A stretch of DNA of 32,000 nucleotides, taken from Staphylothermus marinus F1. Its GTDB lineage: Archaea; Thermoproteota; Thermoprotei_A; Sulfolobales; Desulfurococcaceae. Under the pieces are notes generated by a model, which was not told where the DNA came from, searched no databases, and saw nothing but the letters and a program-made list of their open reading frames with translations. Each line of letters begins with the position of its first letter. The first letter of the stretch is position 1. The stretch covers positions 570,001 through 602,000 of the forward strand of contig NC_009033.1 in the NCBI RefSeq assembly GCF_000015945.1. The letters run 5' to 3'. A program made the translations under genes and the position numbers. This document shows, piece after piece, positions 27,053-32,000 of the stretch.

Positions 27053-28118
27053 GTAACAACATAGAAAGAATTGAAAGACCGCCCTAGGAGAGGGCTCGAG
27101 CCCTGATTTGCTCCACAAGTAACAACATAGAAAGAATTGAAAGGTATCAAGTATCCATTACTGCCTTTCACGACACGATAATCAGTAACAACATAGAAAG
27201 AATTGAAAGTTCCTAAGAAACTCTATTCTTGGATCACTATCTTCTCCGTAACAACATAGAAAGAATTGAAAGTGTTATTCATAGCCATTATAATACTAAT
27301 GGCTAGAAGGGGGGTAACAACATAGAAAGAATTGAAAGTTAAGTAGAATTGTTGAACGGCTAACTGGATTTGACATGTTAGTAACAACATAGAAAGAATT
27401 GAAAGTATGTAGTTTCTCGGCTATATGATCTATTATGGAGAGTGTGTAACAACATAGAAAGAATTGAAAGAAAAACAAGTGCTCTAATGCCTTATCCCAA
27501 TCCCTATACAGTAACAACATAGAAAGAATTGAAAGCTTGCCATTCTATTGCCGAGGATATTGAATGATCCAGGAGTAACAACATAGAAAGAATTGAAAGT
27601 GTCCAATAATGAACGTAATTGTTTTCCCGATCTCGGTATGTAACAACATAGAAAGAATTGAAAGTAACTAATCCTAACGCAGATCCCATTTCTTTCATAC
27701 TTGTGTAACAACATAGAAAGAATTGAAAGCTTATTGGAGAAAATACTTAGTGAACTCTCCAAGCATGATTGTGTAACAACATAGAAAGAATTGAAAGATT
27801 ATTGCAAATATTAACTGTGCAACATCGCGTAAAGTAGGTAACAACATAGAAAGAATTGAAAGCCCCAACCTATACGCACCGGCTCAGTTGAAGTGGCTGG
27901 TGGTAACAACATAGAAAGAATTGAAAGTGTATTCGTCTTGCACATGTATTGTTATGCTACCGCTCGTAACAACATAGAAAGAATTGAAAGCGCTTTTTCT
28001 AATGCAATTGTGAATTTTCTCTTATCTGGGTAACAACATAGAAAGAATTGAAAGTAAGCTTGAGGGGAAAACCGAGATAGTGTCAGAAACGATGTAACAA
28101 CATAGAAAGAATTGAAAG
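27053..28118 (+). CRISPR. CRISPR array 2: 17 repeats of 25 nt, 16 spacers of 38-43 nt
   Basis: The repeat is GTAACAACATAGAAAGAATTGAAAG. Repeat starts are 27053, 27119, 27185, 27248, 27314, 27381, 27446, 27511, 27575, 27640, 27705, 27773, 27838, 27903, 27966, 28030 and 28094. All spacers are unique by eye. The leader is on the left side. Confidence 0.97.
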
Positions 28119-28322
28119 ATTATTGTTAAAAGGTTTAAGGATAGATAGCTGGTTATGAAGTTGGTATAGGTAATATAATATAAGTGTATACATGGTTCGA
28201 GAAAATAAGTCTGTTATTCTAACATGCTGTGTTTATGAGGCTGTATCTAAAACTGATAATAAATATTATGCAACATTTGAATGACTCGTAACACCATTCG
28301 GACTAGACTATTTGCTTATTTG

Positions 28323-28507
28323 GATACTATGGTTGTTTTGTAGTGTTTATGTTTTCGCTTTATAAACACTTTATAATTGTTTGTAAAATGCAGATGAAGG
28401 GCTCAAAAGTGGTCTATGTGGAGCCCCAATAGCCTCTCAATGAAGAGAGTGAAAAACCCGACCCAAAAGGGGGGAGCCTGCAAACAATAAAGCACGGGCA
28501 TTCACTT
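28323..28507 (+). repeat. Copy B of the conserved noncoding element (see 18417..18666)
   Basis: It shares the left end GATACTATGGTTGTTTTG, a TTTATAAA box at 28359..28366, and the conserved core starting TGCAGATGAAGGGCTC at 28389 and ending GCACGGGCATTCACTT near 28507. It lacks the 26-nt internal duplication and the ~31-nt loop insertion seen in copy A. It lies about 200 bp beyond the trailer end of CRISPR array 2. Confidence 0.45.
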
Positions 28508-28764
28508 CATTGATAACCATTTCAAGGAGAGCGTGAATGGGCTCTACTGGGAGGGAGAGATAAACGGGATATATATAGTTATTGATGCAAGTTTTCCAAA
28601 TGTTGGAGAAATATATGAGGCTTGGGGCGAGCCTGTGGGATACTGCCACGCACATGTATGGTGGGTTAAAGAGTAATACTAATGCGAACACGGTGATCCA
28701 TAAACAACAAATAATTCCTAAACATATAATTATAGCCGTTTCTGGAATCGAAATCCTTATAACA

Positions 28765-29292
28765 TTATTTTTTCAATTGAGCTTTCAGCTTTTCCACAAA
28801 CTTCTCCACATCCTTTATATTCTCCTTAACCATTTCTGGAGGTAGCCAGTTTTCATAGAAGTTCTGGTGAAGTGTGATAGCTGAGAGCCAAAGCCTCCTA
28901 ATCTCGTCATCTCCTTTCTCCCTTACAAGCTTCATAATAAACCTGTACAATTCTCCATGACTCCTCAACTCTATATTCCTAGAAGCTGCAATAGCTTTAA
29001 CAATCTGTGATGCAGCCTCCCAAGCCTTCTCAGATGCTTGGACATAATCTTTTTTCTCTAAAAACTTCTTAGCCTCATTCAAGTATTTCTCACACAGCAT
29101 TAAATGTAGCTCTGCCTTTACCGCAGGATCACTTGTGCTCGTCTCTCGTAGCACAGCCTCACCAATAAGCTCCTCCAAAGATTTACCTTCAGACTCTGCC
29201 CTCCTCTTAAGCTCCTCCAGGACTTTGCCGGGTAAAATAATAGAAACTTGTGCCAAAACACTCACCCAAGATAAACTATAGTTCTCTCGCAA
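28765..29292 (-). CDS. Ribbon-helix-helix domain fused to a PaREP1-family (HEPN-related) domain
   Basis: 175-aa ORF. The N-terminal RHH-like segment is IILPGKVLEELKRRAESEGKSLEELIGEAVL. The C-terminal PaREP1 pattern is KYLNEAKKFLEKKDYVQASEKAWEAASQIVKAIAASRNIELRSHGELYRFIMKL...RLWLSAITLHQNFYENWL. The true start may be an internal GTG. Confidence 0.65.
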   Translation of the reverse strand: MRENYSLSWVSVLAQVSIILPGKVLEELKRRAESEGKSLEELIGEAVLRETSTSDPAVKAELHLMLCEKYLNEAKKFLEKKDYVQASEKAWEAASQIVKAIAASRNIELRSHGELYRFIMKLVREKGDDEIRRLWLSAITLHQNFYENWLPPEMVKENIKDVEKFVEKLKAQLKK

Positions 29293-29440
29293 TATTATAT
29301 ATTATATTTATTTACTAGTACTCTATTCAAACATGTGTATATTGTAACTATATGGATAATATATTCTAGGATAGGAGAGAGAACTTATAAATAGACAAAT
29401 AGATAGAGGGTAATGGATAGTTTTATGCTTAATAAATAAA

Positions 29441-30601
29441 CTATGTATCTAGTTTCATGTATGAGCTGTACTTGTATTTTCTATATTCTTTTTTATTTAT
29501 TGGTTTTCTTAGTATGAATAGTTTTTCATGATATATTAGTAGGAAGTCTTTGTTTTTCAGTTTTGACCATACTTCTCTTGTGGTCTTCATTTTATGCTGT
29601 ATTTTCACAACTTCTTCTTTGAGTATGAATCCTGTTTTTAGAAGTGTTTGTAGTACATAATGGGTTATTGGGACATAGTGTTTATGTATTCTAGTATCTC
29701 CTACAAGAATGCCCATGTAGTGTCCTGGCTTTAATACTCTATAAGCTTCTGAGATCACTTGTTGTATCATGGATAAATATTCTTCTAATTTCCTAGCCCC
29801 CGAGAGATCCCCAGGGATCTTCTCCCCCCTACTATACCTTATAATGTTAAAATAGGGTGGATGAGTAGCCACTAAGTCTATACTATTATTACTTATCTTA
29901 TCCAAGTTCCTGGCGTCTCCATGGTAGATCTCGACTTTAGCGTTAAGAATATCCTCAATAGATATGGGGGAATTTTCTCCTTCAATAATTTCTTGTGGTT
30001 TAGAAGCTTTTTTCTCTAAGTATTTCTCTAGCCAGTATAGTCTGTGGAGTGTGAGCATTAATGCATTATAGTTTATATCTACACCTATACAGTTTCGGCC
30101 TAGAAGCTTAGCTTCAATACATGTTGTTCCACTACCAATCATTGGGTCAAGTACTGTGTCTCCAGGCATAGTATATTTTTGTATGAGTGCACGAGCCATT
30201 TGTGGAGGCCAATTACCACGATAATTTCCGCGGTGAGTAGCCCAAGAACCCCTCTTTGGAAAACTCCAAACAGTAGTGCTTATATCAGTTAATTCTTCTG
30301 GGAGAGGATATAAATGCTTCACATGTATAGGTTCCAAACTGATCTTGCTTCCCTCAATCTCTATTACTTTATTATTCTTTAAAAACTCGAGGTAATCTTC
30401 ATAAGATACTTTCCTCATGCTAACCACATCATTACTTCTCTGCATTCTGCCATGCTTCATTCCAGGCATACACCTAGAAAACCCCTTTATGCTTCCTAAA
30501 ATATATTTCATATATATTATTATATAGTAAATCATATTGATCGTTTGATATGGAGAATAGGTGTTTATTGCTTCTTTATTCTTAATTGTTTGATTAGACA
30601 T
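29441..30601 (-). CDS. N6/N4 DNA (possibly RNA) methyltransferase, permuted N6_N4_Mtase-like with HPPY motif IV
   Basis: 386-aa ORF. WSFPKRGSWATHRGNYRGNWPPQMARALIQKYTMPGDTVLDPMIGSGTTCIEAKLLGRNCIGVDIN covers the SAM-binding motif I region. It is followed by DLVATHPPYFNII (motif IV). The first ~60 codons lie in AT-rich promoter-like sequence, so a more plausible start is M62 (ATG at 30418) or one of M45, M48 or M53. Confidence 0.75.
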   Translation of the reverse strand: MSNQTIKNKEAINTYSPYQTINMIYYIIIYMKYILGSIKGFSRCMPGMKHGRMQRSNDVVSMRKVSYEDYLEFLKNNKVIEIEGSKISLEPIHVKHLYPLPEELTDISTTVWSFPKRGSWATHRGNYRGNWPPQMARALIQKYTMPGDTVLDPMIGSGTTCIEAKLLGRNCIGVDINYNALMLTLHRLYWLEKYLEKKASKPQEIIEGENSPISIEDILNAKVEIYHGDARNLDKISNNSIDLVATHPPYFNIIRYSRGEKIPGDLSGARKLEEYLSMIQQVISEAYRVLKPGHYMGILVGDTRIHKHYVPITHYVLQTLLKTGFILKEEVVKIQHKMKTTREVWSKLKNKDFLLIYHEKLFILRKPINKKEYRKYKYSSYMKLDT

Positions 30602-30686
30602 TGTTTATTTTAACGAAATTTTTATAATATGGATACTGTATAAATGGGGTTAACATTATTATTTATAGGGTAGGAGATTGTTTAGA

Positions 30687-32000
30687 ATGAATAAGATGCT
30701 TGCTTTACTCTTCTTATCTATAATGGTTCTCAGTATATTGGTTATATTTTCAAATAATATAGTTGGTTCAGTAGGGGAAGAAATGGGACCTTATTGGTTC
30801 AAGGATTATCATGCTAGGATTTTCAATTATCTATATACTTACTACCATACTTCTAGTATAGCTTTTGCACCGAACGGGGACATTGTTATTGTTGGTGATA
30901 CTGATGGTTTTGGTGCTGGAGAAATTGATTCATGGGTTATGAGAGTTAACAAGTGTGGTGAGATAATATGGTATAAAAGCTATGGTGGAGCCAGAGATGA
31001 TATTGTATCCTCTGTAGCTATAGCACCTAATGGAGACATCATAGTTGCTGGTTGGACTGGGAGTTTTATGGAGGATGGAGACTGGGATCTATGGGTTCTC
31101 CGCCTAGATGGGGATGGAAACATAGTTTGGGAGAAAGATTATGGAGGAAGCGTTGATGATGGCTATACAAAGGTTTCATTAGCAATTGATTCATCTGGAG
31201 ACATAATTGTAGCAACATCAACTCTTCAAAGCGATAGCTATGGTTATATGTGGAATAATATGTGGCTTCTACGCTTAGATGGGAATGGCAATGTTATGTG
31301 GGAAAAAACATATGGTGTAGAATCAGATGAGGATTATGCTTACGCTGTAGGTATTGCTCCGAATGGAGACATAATTGTGGGTGGAGAAACAAGGGGGTTC
31401 TATAGGGTAGGAGACACATATGTTTCTGGTGCATGGGTGTTAAGACTTGATCCAAACGGAGATGTTATATGGCAGAAAGTCTATCAAGGACCACAAGCAC
31501 TAGAAAAGATCAGTGGGCTCCTAGTAATGCCCAGCGGAGACATATTAGTTAGTGGTTCAAGAGGGAGTTTAAGCGAGGAAATGTATGGTTGGATCGCGTA
31601 CCTAGATGGAGAAGGCAATGTTAAATGGTCGAAAACATATATTCGAAGCATTGAAGAAGGGGGTTCAATCGATGAACTAGTCCTAGCCCCCAATGGTGAC
31701 ATTATTGGTAGAGACATATATGTTATAGATGTATCACAAAACGGAAGCTTGAAATGGGCTAAGTGGATGATAGATGGACCAATGGTTGGACCCGTAATAT
31801 CCCAAAATGGAATAGCTGCAGTAGCTGGGATAGAAGCAAATGGCTTAGCTATTGGGAGATTCAATATAAGCGATGTAACAGAGTATTCTGGTTGGCACAA
31901 CCCAGACGATCCTGGCTGGGATGGATGGGGCAGTATTAAGCTTAATGTTTACGATGCTGAAACAATTATTGCATCCTCAAATATTGTCCCAGACACATTG
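30687..32000 (+). CDS. Secreted or membrane-anchored beta-propeller repeat protein (SBBP-like repeats), partial; continues beyond the window end
   Basis: Absent from the ORF track because it is truncated. Hand translation from the ATG at 30687 gives 438 codons with no stop. The N-terminal signal/anchor is MNKMLALLFLSIMVLSILVIFS. At least 6 repeats of ~55 aa follow, with the pattern APNGDIIV.G.T......D.W.LRLD..GN..W.K.YGG. Confidence 0.75.
   Translation, partial: MNKMLALLFLSIMVLSILVIFSNNIVGSVGEEMGPYWFKDYHARIFNYLYTYYHTSSIAFAPNGDIVIVGDTDGFGAGEIDSWVMRVNKCGEIIWYKSYGGARDDIVSSVAIAPNGDIIVAGWTGSFMEDGDWDLWVLRLDGDGNIVWEKDYGGSVDDGYTKVSLAIDSSGDIIVATSTLQSDSYGYMWNNMWLLRLDGNGNVMWEKTYGVESDEDYAYAVGIAPNGDIIVGGETRGFYRVGDTYVSGAWVLRLDPNGDVIWQKVYQGPQALEKISGLLVMPSGDILVSGSRGSLSEEMYGWIAYLDGEGNVKWSKTYIRSIEEGGSIDELVLAPNGDIIGRDIYVIDVSQNGSLKWAKWMIDGPMVGPVISQNGIAAVAGIEANGLAIGRFNISDVTEYSGWHNPDDPGWDGWGSIKLNVYDAETIIASSNIVPDTL

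Noticed and set aside
26853-27762. Minus-strand ORFs 26853..27062, 26986..27171, 27296..27520, 27484..27762 and 27504..27698
   Set aside because: These are translations of CRISPR array 2 and its leader, with recurrent FNSFYVVT / FQFFLCCY peptides coming from the repeat.
18417-28507. The idea that the two ~200-bp direct repeats are attL/attR of an integrated element carrying herA-nurA and the CRISPR arrays
   Set aside because: The copies are only roughly 80 percent similar, with indels, rather than identical att cores. There is no integrase, no tRNA target, and the interval contains housekeeping pdxS-pdxT. Independent copies of a small element are more parsimonious.
28533-28676. 47-codon GTG-initiated ORF (VNGLYWEGEINGIYIVIDASFPNVGEIYEAWGEPVGYCHAHVWWVKE) just downstream of element copy B
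   Set aside because: The composition looks protein-like, and it might be the C-terminal remnant of a gene disrupted by the element. It is too short, lacks a convincing start, and competes with overlapping frames, so it is not reportable without homology evidence.
31484-31900. 138-aa minus-strand ORF
   Set aside because: It is antisense to the uninterrupted 438-codon beta-propeller ORF on the plus strand, so it is a shadow frame.

Overview
AT-rich archaeal sequence, probably from a hyperthermophilic crenarchaeon of the Desulfurococcales or Sulfolobales type. This is inferred from CRISPR repeats ending in ATTGAAAG, a PaREP1 gene and a PdxS with a crenarchaeal-style N-terminus. All family calls come from motifs read by eye; no searches were run.

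Layout:
(1) 1-17.5 kb is a dense defence island, almost entirely on the minus strand. It holds two paralogous McrB-like AAA+ / McrC-like nuclease pairs. It also holds a Zn-ribbon DUF1156 DNA methylase and a DUF499 (BrxC-like) ATPase, apparently co-operonic with a small ORF and one McrBC-like pair. A divergently transcribed second methylase and a split Dna2/Nhi-like module (Cas4-type Fe-S nuclease plus SF1B helicase) complete it.
(2) 17.5-22.2 kb holds small ORFs, a decayed SocA/DUF4065-like gene carrying an inserted conserved noncoding element, and a stand-alone HerA-NurA pair.
(3) 22.3-28.1 kb holds two 17-repeat CRISPR arrays in inverted orientation. Their homologous leaders face inward and bracket housekeeping pdxS-pdxT. 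No cas genes lie in the window, and the leader-proximal end of array 1 carries a perfect triplication of a two-spacer unit.
(4) 28.3-32 kb holds a second copy of the noncoding element, an RHH-PaREP1 gene, a third methylase and a partial secreted beta-propeller repeat protein.

The best candidates for an undescribed system are the five-gene methylase/ATPase/small ORF/McrBC operon (2867-12836), the split nuclease-helicase module with its adjacent methylase (12924-17459), the CRISPR-adjacent HerA-NurA pair, and the two-copy promoter-bearing noncoding element.
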